Positions 13,001 to 26,640 of a stretch of DNA of 64,000 bases are shown here, piece after piece. Source of the stretch: Octopus sinensis (Eukaryota); contig NC_042997.1 in NCBI RefSeq assembly GCF_006345805.1, forward strand, positions 170,810,001 to 170,874,000, read 5' to 3'. Positions within the stretch are counted from its first letter, which is position 1, and each line of letters begins with the position of its first letter. The notes under the pieces were generated by a model. That model did no database searches, was not told the origin of the DNA, and was given only the letters and a program-made list of their open reading frames with translations. The position numbers and the translations under genes were made by a program.

Positions 13001-13076
13001 ATAGCCGGATAACTGAAGAGATGGCGGCGTGGATTTCCACCTCGACATCCGAAACTCGGAGTTTTATTATGGCTAT
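13001..13076 (+). ncRNA. type I hammerhead-ribozyme-like motif (HHR-2)
   Basis: Stem I AUAGCC/GGCUAU plus AUAA/UUAU; core CUGAAGA; stem II GAUG..CAUC with inner GUGG/CCAC; GAAA; stem III ACUC/GAGU; predicted cleavage after GUU (13063). Confidence 0.72.
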
Positions 13077-13084
13077 ATATATAT

Positions 13085-13256
13085 ATATTTCGTTTTGGGA
13101 TTTGGTTTGCAAGATTCTTTATGTGAGTTCGTGTAACTATTGAGAAGTTGCAAGACGCAACGAAAACTTTAGAAAAATAAGAAGGAAATAAGTGGAAATT
13201 TTACCGGTGAGTGTTAAATTATAAGGCACTAAAAGAGAATGAGTCTCCCCAGACAC

Positions 13257-13260
<4 letters not shown>
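13085..13260. mobile_element. internally deleted copy of foldback family F
   Basis: TATTTCGTTTTGGGATTTGG terminus joined directly to the second arm (...CCCCAGACACAAC); full form at 40936-41332. Confidence 0.8.
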
Positions 13261-13289
<29 letters not shown>

Positions 13290-13294
<5 letters not shown>

Positions 13295-13430
13295 GAAATT
13301 TACAGAAAAACAAAATCGAAGACAGTGTATAAAAAAAGAGCAGGTGTATTAGTTTGACGCTCGAGAAGGTGAGAAAGTCTTTTACATTTCGAGCCTACGC
13401 TCTTCAACAGGAAGGGACACGACGAAATAA
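13290..13430 (-). mobile_element. short repeat carrying an HHR-1 motif
   Basis: Minus strand CTGTTGA-A-GAGC-GTAG-GCTC-GAAAT-GTA at 13410-13383; body GAGCGTCAAACTAATACACC shared with 25453, 35921 and 58920. Confidence 0.7.
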
Positions 13431-13436
13431 AGAGAG

Positions 13437-13536
13437 NNNNNNNNNNNNNNNNNNNNNNNNNNNNNNNNNNNNNNNNNNNNNNNNNNNNNNNNNNNNNNNN
13501 NNNNNNNNNNNNNNNNNNNNNNNNNNNNNNNNNNNN
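13437..13536. other. assembly gap (exactly 100 N)
   Basis: Direct count; a fixed 100-N length usually marks a gap of unknown size. Confidence 0.99.
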
Positions 13537-14559
13537 TTGTTTCTTGCCAATACATTCCAATACATACATCTAAAGCAAATTTTTTTCAGGGGCCTTTAAA
13601 ATACTATTGTAGACCTACAATTTATATTTTGTTGCGTGGATCCCAAAAATTTTATATGGACCCTCAGGGGCCATATGGACTCCGGTTAAGAAGCATTTTT
13701 CTTTTTTTTTCGCTTACGGAACTCTTTGATTCCTATTTTACTCTATTGCACCCCCACCCCCTAGCTATTCGACATTAAAAAAATCCTATTATATTTTTAT
13801 AATTAAAATAGGCGCAGGAGAGGCTGTGTGGTAAGAAGCTTGCAACCCAAATACATGATTCCGAGTTTAGTCCCACTGCGTGGCACCTTGGGCAACTGTC
13901 TTCTACTATAGCCTCGGGTCGACCAAAGCCTTTTGAGTGGATTTCGTCATATATATATATATATATATATAGATAAGAAAGTTTGTTTGGTAAAGCACGT
14001 GGGTGAATATATAAGAAAATAGTAAAGAGTGAAAAAACGACAGAAGGCTTAAATGTTAAAAAATATATATATTTGTGTCAAAATGTCTGGAGAATATTGG
14101 AAAAATTTTTTTCCTTTCCTTAAAATGACATAATTTTCATAATTTTTAAAGAAATACCGGTTTCGCGTGTAGCTTTTCAAATTTCTTGTGACGTTATGTT
14201 TATTGCATGGAGTTATCGTTGTGTTTATTTTCAGGAGATTTCTAAATAAGGGGAACATACTGACACAGAGAAATTAACAAGCGATTATCTCCCTTACACC
14301 GGAAGAAATCACTCACTACCTCCCCTTATTTAGAAATCTCCTGAAAATAAACACAACGATAACTCCATGCAATATAAACATAACGTCACAAGAAATTTGA
14401 AAAGCTACACGCGAAACCGGTATTTCTTTAAAAATTATAAAATTATGTCATTTTAAGGAGAGGAAAAAAAATTTTCCAATATTCTCCAGACATTTTGACA
14501 CAAATATATATATATTTTAACATTAAGCCTTCTGTCGTTTTTTCACTCTTTACTATTTT

Positions 14560-14604
<45 letters not shown>

Positions 14605-15823
14605 AATATACACACACACACACACACACATACATACAGATATATATATATTTTGATAACAAATGGTAAGACATAAAAGAATGAAAGCGACCTCAATATT
14701 ATGTAAATATATGTATATATATTGTCTGTGTTTGTCCCCCCTCCATCGCTTGACAACCGATGTTGGTGTGTTTACATCCCCGTAACGTAGCGGTTCGGTA
14801 AAAGAGACCGATAGAATAAGTACCAGGTTTACAAAGAATAAGTCCATGGATCGATTTTCTTCAACTGAAAAGGCGGTGCTCCAGCATGGCCGCACTTAAA
14901 ATGACTGACACACCTGAAAGAATACAATATTATCAAGAAATATATCCAAAAAATCTTAAAATATTTTATGTGTTGTAAATGCATAACCAGTTTATTGCAC
15001 GAAAGTTTTAGCAACAAAATTTTATGAGACCACCAAAGGTCATATGGAACCCGGTTGAGAAACACTGATTAAGATAATTGATTTGGGCCAAGATGGGGAA
15101 TAATGGCGCTATCAAGAACTGGAAGCGCATTGTGACTAGCGGTGTATAACCACATTCGATAATCTGGCCGATACAGTGGTACAATGATGTGTATACGTGG
15201 AGGCACAATGGCCCAGCGGTATCGATTCCCAGACCGGGCGTTGTGAGTGTTTATTGAGCGAAAACACATGAAACACCTAAAAGCTCCACGAGGCTCCGGC
15301 AGGGGATGGTGGTGATCCCTGCTGTACTCTTTCACCACAACTTTCTCTCACTCTTACTTCCTGTTTCTCTGTGGTACCTGTATTTCAAAGGGCCGGCCTT
15401 GTCACTCCTCTGTGTCACGCTGAATATCCCGAGAACTATGTTAAGGGTACACGTGTCTGTGAGTGCTCATCCATTACACGTTAATTTCACGAGCAGGCTG
15501 TTCCGTTGATTCGGATCAACCGGAACCCTCATCGTCGTAACCGACGGAGTGCTTCCACAATGATGTATGTGTGTGTGTATGTATGCCTTTGTGTTTGTGT
15601 TTGCCCACTCTCATCCATCACACGGTATGACAACCGCTGTTGGTTTGTATACGACCCCGTAAATTAGCGGTTCGGTAAAAGAGGCCGATGTAAAATACCA
15701 GGCCGAAAACAAGTACTGACATTGATTTGTTCGACTAACACAACAAAATGGCCGCAGTCCATTAAGTGAAACAAGTAATAGAGTGTGTGCACATAGTAGT
15801 GTGTGCGTGCGCATGTAATGTGT

Positions 15824-15860
<37 letters not shown>

Positions 15861-15981
15861 GTGTGTGTGTCTAGGCATTCGTTTGTTTCTATATACGAAT
15901 ATGTTTAACTGTATGACTTCTCTCTTACTGTCATAAATAAATAAATAAATAATTTTATTTTTTCATTTCCTCATGGTGTGC

Positions 15982-16030
<49 letters not shown>

Positions 16031-16936
16031 GTGTGTATGTAAGTGTATGCTCATGACTTTTATTACCTATTTCTTTACTACCCACAAGGGGCTAAACACA
16101 GAGGGGACAAACAAACAAGGACAGACAAACGGATTAAGTCGATGATATCGACTCCAGTGCGTAACTGGTACTTAATTTATCGACCCCGAAAGGATGAAAG
16201 GCAAAGTCGACCTCAGCGGAATTTGAACTCAGAACGTTGCGGCAGACGAAATACGGCTACGCAATTCGCCCGGCGTGCTAACGGTTCTGCCAGTTCGCCG
16301 CCTTCATGACTTTTATTACCGATCACAAAGAGTCGGTAGCAAAACGATATCACCCCCTCTATCTCTCTGCGTGTGTCTCCATCCTTATAACACTCTTCTG
16401 TCTGTCTCTCCCTCCTACTCTCTCTCTCTCTCTCTTCTCTCTTTCTCTTTTTCCGTCTGCCTGTCTGTCTGTCTCTCCCTACCCACCCTTCTCTCTCTCT
16501 TCTTTTTTCACACTTCCACCCTGTTTCTTGTTGATCATAATTGCTATTTCTTATGATATAAATATACGTTTCGGGTGTGGCTATATTCCTGTATGTGAAT
16601 CTGTGTTTATACACGTACATGTGTGTAAAATAGGTCCTTTCTCTTAGATTACGTGTTGTAAATGTGTGTTGCGGTTAATATCCTTTTTATTATTTTCTAC
16701 TTTTACGCAAAGGAAGTCGGTAGTAAACCACAGCGGTCTATCTGCATCTCCCTCTCTCCCTCTTTCTCTCTGCTCTTTCTTTCTGTTTGTGTGTCGGTCT
16801 CTCTGTTTCTGTCTCTGTCTTTCTCTTTCCCTTTCTCATTCACTCATATTGTCACACCTTCACATTCTGACCTCATCAATTTCTCTTCATAAATTATATC
16901 AGACCGCGCGTTACTCATTCTGTCCGTCAGGACACG

Positions 16937-17015
<79 letters not shown>

Positions 17016-17291
17016 TATATATATATTTTTCCCGATAGCCGGATAACTGAAGAGATGGCGGCGTGGATTTCCACCTCGACATCCGAAACTCGGAGTTTTA
17101 TTATGGCTATATATATATATATTTCGTTTTGGGATTTGGTTTGCAAGATTCTTTATGTGAGTTCGTGTAACTATTGAGAAGGTTGCAAGACGCAACGAAA
17201 ACTTTAGAAAAATAAGAAGGAAATAAGTGGAAATTTTACCGGTGAGTGTTAAATTATAAGGCACTAAAAGAGAATGAGTCTCCCCAGACAC

Positions 17292-17329
<38 letters not shown>

Positions 17330-17475
17330 GAAATTTACAGAAAAACAAAAGACGAAGACAGGTGTATAAAAAAAGAGCAGGTGTATTAGTTTGACGCTCG
17401 AGAAGGTGAGAAAGTCTTTTACATTTCGAGCCTACGCTCTTCAACAGGAAGGGACACGACGAAATAAAGAGAGAG
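13537..17475 (+). repeat. near-identical copy of 9501-13436 (includes copies of all elements listed there)
   Basis: Same ORFs at an offset of ~4035-4042; differences are mostly single-base indels and microsatellite length. Confidence 0.97.
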
Positions 17476-17486
17476 AGAGAGAGAGA

Positions 17487-17555
<69 letters not shown>

Positions 17556-17933
17556 AAAAAAAGACTTCTGGAATTAGCTGTCAATCCGTAGTAAATATAA
17601 AAAACAACTTTCAAGGACAATAGTGGTTTATTGAGATGGGAGGTTGTGGATTTCTTTCATATCGAAGTATGATAAACTGAAAAAAGTTCTTTTCATATTT
17701 CAAGGTAGGCTACTAAGGTTGCCGGTTATGCGAATAAGAATACAAGAGTTAAGGAATGAAGTCAATAAGATCCGGGTTTCAATGTTTCATAGCGAGCAGA
17801 ACCTCAGAAGTGGTAAATACCCAAGCGAGGTGTATACCGCAGTCTACTCTTCAGGTCAAGGATATCTTGATTAAATGAAAGCTTACATTGTCGCTAGGAG
17901 GTACTTGTTAACACACACACACGCACACACACG

Positions 17934-18021
<88 letters not shown>

Positions 18022-18022
18022 C

Positions 18023-18217
18023 TCATTACAGATATAGGGTGAAAAATTATTAATTTGATAAAATCAACAAATTTCACATAGTAGTTTTTCGGTATGGAAA
18101 AGGACCATATTCGATAAAAACTTTACCGAATATGGTCCTTTTCCATACCGAAAAACTACTATGTGAAATTTGTTGATTTTATTAAATTAATAATTTTTCA
18201 CCCTATATCTATAATGA
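18023..18217. repeat. near-perfect ~195-bp palindrome
   Basis: ~95-bp arms around a ~3-nt centre; the ORF track shows MKFVDFIKLIIFHPIS on both strands. Confidence 0.95.
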
Positions 18218-18364
18218 TTATTTCACTCCCCGACGACAAAACTACAAATCTTTTTTCGGCAGTACTATTTTGTGACGCACATGGTAGAGAATTGGAGGGA
18301 AATACGAACTCACTTATTTATATAAATGTGGATATGCTGATTAGCTTTTATATGTTCTGATGAC

Positions 18365-18515
18365 GCTTGGTCAGTTCCGGCTACCAAATCCACTCACAAG
18401 GTTTTAGTCGGCCCGAAGCTATAGTAGCAGACACTTGCTCAGTGTGCCACGAAGTGGGACTGAAGCTGGAACCATGTAGTTCGGAAGTAAGTTTCTTACC
18501 ACGCAGTCACGCCTG
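18365..18515 (-). mobile_element. SINE family B, 5' half
   Basis: CTACCAAATCCACTCACAAGG...GACACTTGCTCA...CTTACCACGCAGTCACGCCTGC. Confidence 0.85.
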
Positions 18516-18739
18516 CATCTATACATACATACATACATACATACATACATACATACATACATACATACATACATACAGACATACATACATACATACATAC
18601 ATACATATTGACATACATACAGACATACACACATATACATTATATATATATTGTTATATTTCGGGATGGTCTTTTTTTTTGCCAAATAAACACACGCACT
18701 ATATATTCGTTCTTCACTCGTTTATTACTGTTCTTATTC

Positions 18740-19720
18740 TAACTCATGTCCATTGTCCGGAAATCTTGTCGTTTTATGGCTGGAAGTTGGTCTATGATTG
18801 AATTTGTAGCGGCTGATCTTCCCTGAGTGTATCCTTGAATGGTTGGCTGGTCCAGTATCATCGTTAGGAGCGTAGTCATTTTTTTTTAATGTTTCAGTAG
18901 ATGTTCCTTTATATTTCTGATTTCTTTGGGTCGGCAGTTGAAAACTTGAGGACCTCTAAATATCAGACTGGTGCAACAGAGTGTTTTTGCTCGTGATTTC
19001 GAACGTGGTATATTTGGAAGCTGACAGTATCTACCAGTTCGTGCATTAAAATTCTCTTTAATACTGAAGTTTGGAACATGTTCCTCCAGGATTTTCCATA
19101 CGTATATGATCGTATCTCTTTCTCTCTTCGGCGTTCGGGAGAGCAGAAATGCAGAGCTTTCAGGTGCTCCAGTAATTAGGACTTTTAACCAAAATTATTT
19201 TATTGGTGAACGTTCATCGTAACCCTTCAATTTCTTCTATGAAAGCGGATGAGTTAAGAGAATCTAATCTACTCAGATTTGGGGTTTTCGATAGAGCTAG
19301 CATAACTACCTGTTCTTTTGTCATGAAGGTTCATAGGATCCATGGTATGAGATGTCTTCATTTAGAAGTGTATCTGGTGATATGGATGATGGAAGATGCA
19401 TCATTTGACATGATTATTCATAAGTGCCTGTGCCTTTAGCATTCTGAATCATTGTGTCATTTCGTGTCAAATATAGTGATTTGTGCGTATTCCTTTTGTA
19501 ATGAAGAACCTGAAATTTAGATGTATTAAATTTCATATTATTTTATATATGAGGTTAAGCTCATTTTGGAGTATGACAGTATCTCTGGAGTTTGGATAGC
19601 CATCGATATTTTGGTGTCTTTTGCGTAACTCGTTAGGTTGACCGAGTGTATTTGTGACCCCAAACTTCATTGGGTGATGATTAATAATAATGGTCCTAGA
19701 ACCGTGCCCTGAGGTATACC
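18740..19720 (-). mobile_element. CR1/L2-like LINE remnant (RT core to 3' end), frameshifted
   Basis: Minus strand CGIPQGTVLGPLLL (GVPQGSVLGPLLF motif), SYAKDTKI (YADDT motif), VILQNELNLIY, MKFNTSKFQVLHY, WIL*TFMTKEQVVML. Confidence 0.8.
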
Positions 19721-19854
19721 ACATATTTTGTTCTCACTGTCCTGTTCTTTTTCACCCTCCGCAAAAAGTCCCAAATTTTTTAAAATTTGCTTTGCGGGAA
19801 GGATTGTTTCAACGAAGTCGCGTCTTGTCCTTGCCTTCGAACATGGAGTAGTTG

Positions 19855-20135
19855 AAACAAGGACAACTGAAGAAGGGAATATTCTTTATGTTGTATGTCT
19901 TGTGTCTCTGGGGTTTTTTTGTTGTTCGAAAAAAAAAGTTCATTTCTACGTTTTTGTTTTTATGTTTTCGTTTCTCATTGTGTTCAACGTTTTTTTGATG
20001 TCCTGTGCCCATGTATGCATGTATATATACATATAGATGTAGGTATGTACATATATGTATGTATATATGCATATATTTATATATTATTTATATTATTATA
20101 TGATCGAACGCCACGCATTCTTTTCCAAGTAAGTT
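19855..20135 (+). repeat. interspersed repeat family E (unclassified)
   Basis: Aligns to 35660-35910 (minus) and partly to 48615-48700; shared TATGCATGTATATATACATATAGATGTAGGTATG. Confidence 0.8.
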
Positions 20136-20180
20136 TTATCTATCTATCTATCTATCTATCTATCATCTATCTATCTATCT

Positions 20181-20211
<31 letters not shown>

Positions 20212-20215
<4 letters not shown>

Positions 20216-21753
20216 GTCTATAAAAGGTCGGGCGGAGGTGGCGAACACGTACATCGCGTCCGTCATCTACTACCGCCTGACCGTCATGCCTTGTCCCGAC
20301 CCTACCATCACCAAACTACAACGCATTCTCTTTCGCTTCTTGTGAAAAGGATGCTTCCCGATGGTCAGCGATCCATTTGCTGTCAACACCCGTAAAAGGA
20401 GGACTGGGTATGCCCGTGGTGATGATGCGCAGACACGCGCTGAGACTGCGACATCTCAGGCTCTTCGTAGACGACGGTGAACAGGTGTGGTCGCCGTTTG
20501 TGAGGCACGCTTTCCCGCAGCTCGTCTCCATGACCGAACTGCAGTCGTGGATCAAAATGAGGCCGAGGAAGGGCGAATGGCACCGCGAGTGTCGCGTTGC
20601 TCTCAAGCAACTCTGCCGTCCCGGGTCGACCATGAGTGACTTCATCACAACCAAAGCATTCTATAGGGGATTAGTGGAGGGGAGGTACGACGACGAGCTC
20701 GGGGCGAACCTGGACGTCGACAAGGAGTACCTGACCCGCCTGTTCGGGACGACTTTCGGGCCAGGGCCCATGGACAACTTCCAGAGATCCCTGGCCTGGT
20801 AGTGCTACCGACAAGCGCTACCCGTTCGGGATAAGCTCCACAGACACGGCTCGAGAAACACGGGGCCAACCTGCCCGAGATGCGGTCAGAGCGACGAAAC
20901 CGTTCTGCACGCACTCATGCAGTGTCCAACAATTTCCGACCTGTGGGCTTATGTCGAACAACTGCTGTCACGTTTGGGACGAGTCGGTTATCAGCTGAGT
21001 CTATCGTCAATATTGTCACGCCTCCTTCCTTCAAACGGGAAGGAAGAGCTATTTTCATCATCCTTGTGGCTATGGCGAAAGAATGTATCTGGTGGACGCG
21101 TCTGAAAGGATTGGAGACAAACACTTTCCTCTCTGGTCAATCTCTCATCAACTTCTTCAAGTACCACTTGAAAAGGAAAGTGAGAGTGAGAGTAGAGAGG
21201 CAAGTTTTGTCTAGCGAATGTTTTAAAAAAAGATGGGTGAATGTAGCAAGGATGGCACGTATGAATGACGAAGCCACCTTGAGCATAATCCTATGAACCC
21301 AGAAATTGAAAACAGAGGGTTACCCACTTGCAAACAAATGTGGTAACATATAACAATATTGACCAAGGTTACCGTGGTCTTTTTCGTAGGCTTTTCTTCC
21401 CACGGATAAACCTTACTTGCTTTCCCCTTTACACCATATATCATAACACTGTGATACACGATCCCTATTGATCGTTTTTTTTTTCCTCTTCCCCTTTTTT
21501 TCCCCTTTTTTCATTTCTCTTTTCTTTTGTTCCTTTTCCTTTTCTTCTTTTTTTTAAATTTTTTATTTTATTTATTTATTTATTTATTGTTTTTTGTTCT
21601 TTTCTTCCCTTTTACGGTCCCTCTTGATCGAAAACCCACGCCACCCCCCTTTTTTTGTTTCTTTTGTTTTTTTTTTTTCATCCCCCAAAAGAAAAGCTTA
21701 CCTTGTAACTTGTCCCATCGTCTGTGTGCCGCCCTGTGTGGCCAATAAGAAAC

Positions 21754-21757
<4 letters not shown>
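20212..21757 (+). mobile_element. 5'-truncated Tx1/L1-clade LINE (ORF2 C-terminus and 3' UTR)
   Basis: LSIKGRAEVANTYIASVIYYRL...KGGLGMP...QALPVRDKL...CPRCGQSDETVLHALMQC (CCHC zinc knuckle); a few stops and frameshifts; pyrimidine-rich 3' UTR; (TATC)n on both sides. Confidence 0.88.
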
Positions 21758-21825
<68 letters not shown>

Positions 21826-21840
21826 TATATATATATATAA

Positions 21841-22071
21841 TCGGTTTTGGATTTGGTTTGCAAGATTCTTTATGTGAGTTCGTGTTTTGAGGCATATTCT
21901 GTTGTGTCTGCGGAGAGTCATTCTCTTTTAGTGCCTTATAATTTATCACTCGAAAAGTTTGCAAGACGCAACGAAAGTTTTAGAAACATAAAGAAAGAAA
22001 TGAGTGGAAATTTTAGCGGTGAGTGTGTTAAATTATAAGGCACTAAAAGAGAATGACTCCCCAGACACAAC
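21841..22071. mobile_element. internally deleted copy of foldback family F
   Basis: Terminus, part of arm 1 and most of arm 2; breakpoint differs from the 13085 copy. Confidence 0.8.
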
Positions 22072-22102
22072 TGTATATACATACATACATACATACATAC
22101 AT

Positions 22103-22190
<88 letters not shown>

Positions 22191-22499
22191 ATAATATATA
22201 CATATATATATACATATATATATACAAACACACACACATAAATACATACATATACATATATATACAGAGAGAGAGAGAAAGAGAGTCATATACACCGATC
22301 AATGTTACTGATCGGAAAAACAGTTTGTTAATTTATTGAATGCATCGGGCATTGTTAGAGACCCCCAGATTTAGCTGGAAACATTTGTAGGGCTGTATGG
22401 TTGTTGGAAAATATGGTTGGCGATAATGGAAAATAGAATATAGAAACATATATTCATTGACACAAACACACACACACACACATACATGTATATGCATAC

Positions 22500-22549
<50 letters not shown>

Positions 22550-22614
22550 ATTTATTATTTAATTGAATAATAATATATTTATTATTTAATTGAATGCTAC
22601 ATATCCATTTCCAA

Positions 22615-22992
<378 letters not shown>

Positions 22993-24706
22993 TTATAGCC
23001 ATAGGAAGAGAAGAAAATTGCTGCTTCGACTCTTGATTCTTGCAGGGAGACAGGGATTATATTTCTGGAGATAAAATCACATTTGAAAAATAATCACCAA
23101 TTTATCCATCGTTTTTATCAGTTAAAGTATTAAAGTCTATTAAAGGACCTATTTTAAATTCTTTATGTGTTTATTAATTAGATTTAGCCCTTGTGTTAGA
23201 TTACAGTTTCAGAGATAAGTTCATAGTTTAGTTCAAGGTTGTTCGATATTACCGGTTTAAAGATACTTTCTTTCGTATGCCTCAATTTACATCAATCTTG
23301 CTGATATATATGGATATCAGATATTCTAGACTATCTAATAAATCATACAAAATGATTCCCAAATAACTCCTTAACCTCAGGAATACGGGATGCAGTTATT
23401 ATCTGTCGTCGTTTTAGCTTTCACTCGTTTCGGCGATTGGGCCGCGGCCATGCTGTAGCAGAATCTCGAATGGTTTAGAACGAAGATATCGACTACCCAG
23501 TAAATTTTCTTTCTTAAGGCTGGTACTTATTCTGTCGTTTTTTTTTTTTGCTGAACCGCTAAGTTACGGAGACGTAAACAAACCAACACTGGTTGTCAAG
23601 CCGTGAAGGACAAACACAAAGGCACACACATAGATACATGCTCACACATACACATACAGACACACAAACTCATGATATACATGCAAATATACATACACGC
23701 ATGCATACATCCATCTAGCCTTCCATCCATCCATACATACATACATACATACATACATACATACATACACACACACACAGACACATATGTACATACACAC
23801 ACACACACACACACACAACACACACACACATTCTTTTGTTTCAGTCATTAGTCTTATTTAATCAACGTTATTTTGTCAATTATTAAATAAACAGTAAATT
23901 AAGACAACCCAAATAAACACCTTAAAATAAAATTTCAAAACGCAAAATAAAATGTTAAATATTACATAATGAATGCTGGATAAGAAATGTTTTGCTTGTT
24001 ATTTAGACTTTTATGTGCCTTTAATTCCGAAAACCAATTTTTATCATTGCTTGTGTACATCGTTCATTAATGAGATTAAAATAAGAATAATTAATATAGT
24101 AGACATTGTTTATTAATATGATTGAAAGAAAAAATATTGGTATAATAAACATTATTAATATGATTAAAAATGAGAATAATTAGCTGAGATTCTCCGTTAT
24201 CTTAGCTGTCGTTGTTTCGGTGTTAGATTTATCTCTCACCCATTTTGTTAGCCTCAGGAGAAACCAAGGTCAGTCTGCGACCTATTAACACAATAAATAT
24301 GCATTGTTTATCATTCTTGACGTTTCTAAGATTATGCTTCTTATGGGAAGAAAACGGTAAAATTAAAGACTTGGAAGAGCCTAAGTATTTACTACGATTG
24401 AACAAGCCTCTAGAAATTGAATACAGGCAATTATTAATAATTCGTGGCTGTAGCAGAAAGACACTTGCACGCACACGTACGCGCACTCGCACTGCACACG
24501 CAACCGCACACGTACGCGCAGGCAAATTCCTTTCACACACACAAGGTGATTCAGAAGTCCCTTTAGGATTTAAATTATATAGAATTTATTTTATCTTGCA
24601 CCCAATCAAGGATTTTTTTAAAAAATTCAATACTTACCTGCTGTTATTTATAGCTTCGTTTACTTCGAGTTAAAAACGATTATATATATATATATATATA
24701 TATATC

Positions 24707-25112
24707 TTTTTACTCTCTTTTACTTGTTTCAGTCATTTGACTGCGGCCATGCTGGAGCACCGCCTTTAGTCGAGTAAATCGACCCCGGGACTTATTCTTT
24801 GTAAGTCCAGTACTTATTCTATCGGTCTCTTTTGCCGAACCGCTAAGTAACGGGGACGTAAACACACCAGCATCGGTTGTCAAGCGATGTTGGGGGGGGG
24901 ACAGACACAGACACACACACACACATACATATATATATGTACATATATACGACAGGCTTCTTTCAGTTTCCGTCTACCAAATCCACTCACAAGGCATTGG
25001 TCGGCCCGGGGCTATAGCGGAAGACACTTGCCCAAGATGCCACGCAGTGAGACTGAACCCAGAACCATGTGGTTGGTTAGCAAGCTACTTACCACACAGC
25101 CACTCCTGCGCC
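24707..25112 (-). mobile_element. SINE family B, full length, CpG-intact
   Basis: GGCGCAGGAGTGGCTGTGTGG head, CORE-like CTTGGGCAAGTGTCTT, internal TA/TG linker, tail ending GTAAAAGAGAGTAAAAAG. Confidence 0.93.
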
Positions 25113-25452
<340 letters not shown>

Positions 25453-25455
<3 letters not shown>

Positions 25456-25620
25456 AAAGTTTACGAAAAAAACAAAAGACGAAGACGGGTGGTGCACAAA
25501 ACAAACAGATGTATTAGTATAACGCTCAGGAATAGAAAAAGTCTTTTACGTTTCGAGCCTACGCTCTTCTACAGAAGAGACTCAGAAAAAACAAGGAGAG
25601 AAAAAAATGTGTGTAGTGGC
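25453..25620 (-). mobile_element. short repeat carrying an HHR-1 motif
   Basis: Minus strand CTGTAGA-A-GAGC-GTAG-GCTC-GAAAC-GTA at 25574-25547, with GTCT(C)TT/AAAGAC as a possible stem I. Confidence 0.72.
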
Positions 25621-25674
25621 TAACGATCTATCATGCCGACTGTGTGTATGTATATACATACATACATACATACA

Positions 25675-25784
<110 letters not shown>

Positions 25785-25904
25785 AATGGCGTTTCGGATA
25801 TCATCTTTCATCGGAAAAGAGTATAGACAGGAAAAAAGGTGGGAGAAAGAGGAGGAAAGGGATTGATATTAAAAAAAAAAGAAAAATTTTAAAAATGCTA
25901 CCCA

Positions 25905-26405
25905 GGAGGATAAAGTCAATAAATGAACTCAGAAGGTAGAGACATAAAGTATTTCATCTGGCGAGCTAACGAGTTTGCCAGCGAGCTCGCTCATTTAGAA
26001 ATCAAATAATCCTTTCTATTGGAAGTACAAAGCCTCAAATTTGAGGGAAGGATTAAGTCGATTACATCGACCCCAGTATGCAACTGGTACATAATTTATC
26101 CCCCCCGAAAGGCTGAAAGGCAAAGTCGACCTCGGCGGAGTTTGAACTCAGAACGTAGCGCCTGGTGTGCAAACGTTTATGCCAGCTCGCCGTCTTTTTT
26201 AGAAGTCAAATAATTCTTTCTACTCTAGGCACAAGGCCTATTACGCAACTGGTACTTAATTTATCGATCCCGAAAGGGTGAAAGGCAAAGTCGACCTCGG
26301 TGGAATTTGAACTCAGAACGTTGCAACAGACGAAATACTGCTAAGCATTTCACCTGGCGTGCAAACAATTCTGCCAGCTCGCTGCCTATTTAGAAGTCAA
26401 ATAAT
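25905..26405 (-). mobile_element. head-to-tail array of three A/A2-type SINE units
   Basis: Three GAGTTCAAA/CTTTGCCTTTCA-type cores, with ATTTGA(C/T)TTCTAAA recurring at the unit boundaries. Confidence 0.78.
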
Positions 26406-26640
26406 AACAGTTGTTTACATTTATTGTAAATTTAATTACAGTTACTACCTTTATTATACAAAAGTGAAAGTTCGTGCTGGTTCTAAGTATTTAAGTGTTT
26501 CAGGAAGACATCAGCAAGAAAAAATTATAAAGAAATGCTGGAAAACGTATCTTTATCTTTTATTCTGGATCAGTCATTAGACTGCGACCATGCTAGGGCA
26601 CCGCCTTGAGGAATTTCAGTCAAGCTAATTGATCCCAGTA

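Noticed and set aside
9501-17475. Duplicated ORFs as a gene duplication, or repeats as a CRISPR-like array
   Set aside because: The ORFs are SINE-derived and the duplication abuts an assembly gap. No regular repeat-spacer array exists in this eukaryotic window.
19855-19890. CTGAAGAAGGG in family E as a hammerhead core
   Set aside because: No GAAA follows the putative stem II in either copy (19868, 35887).
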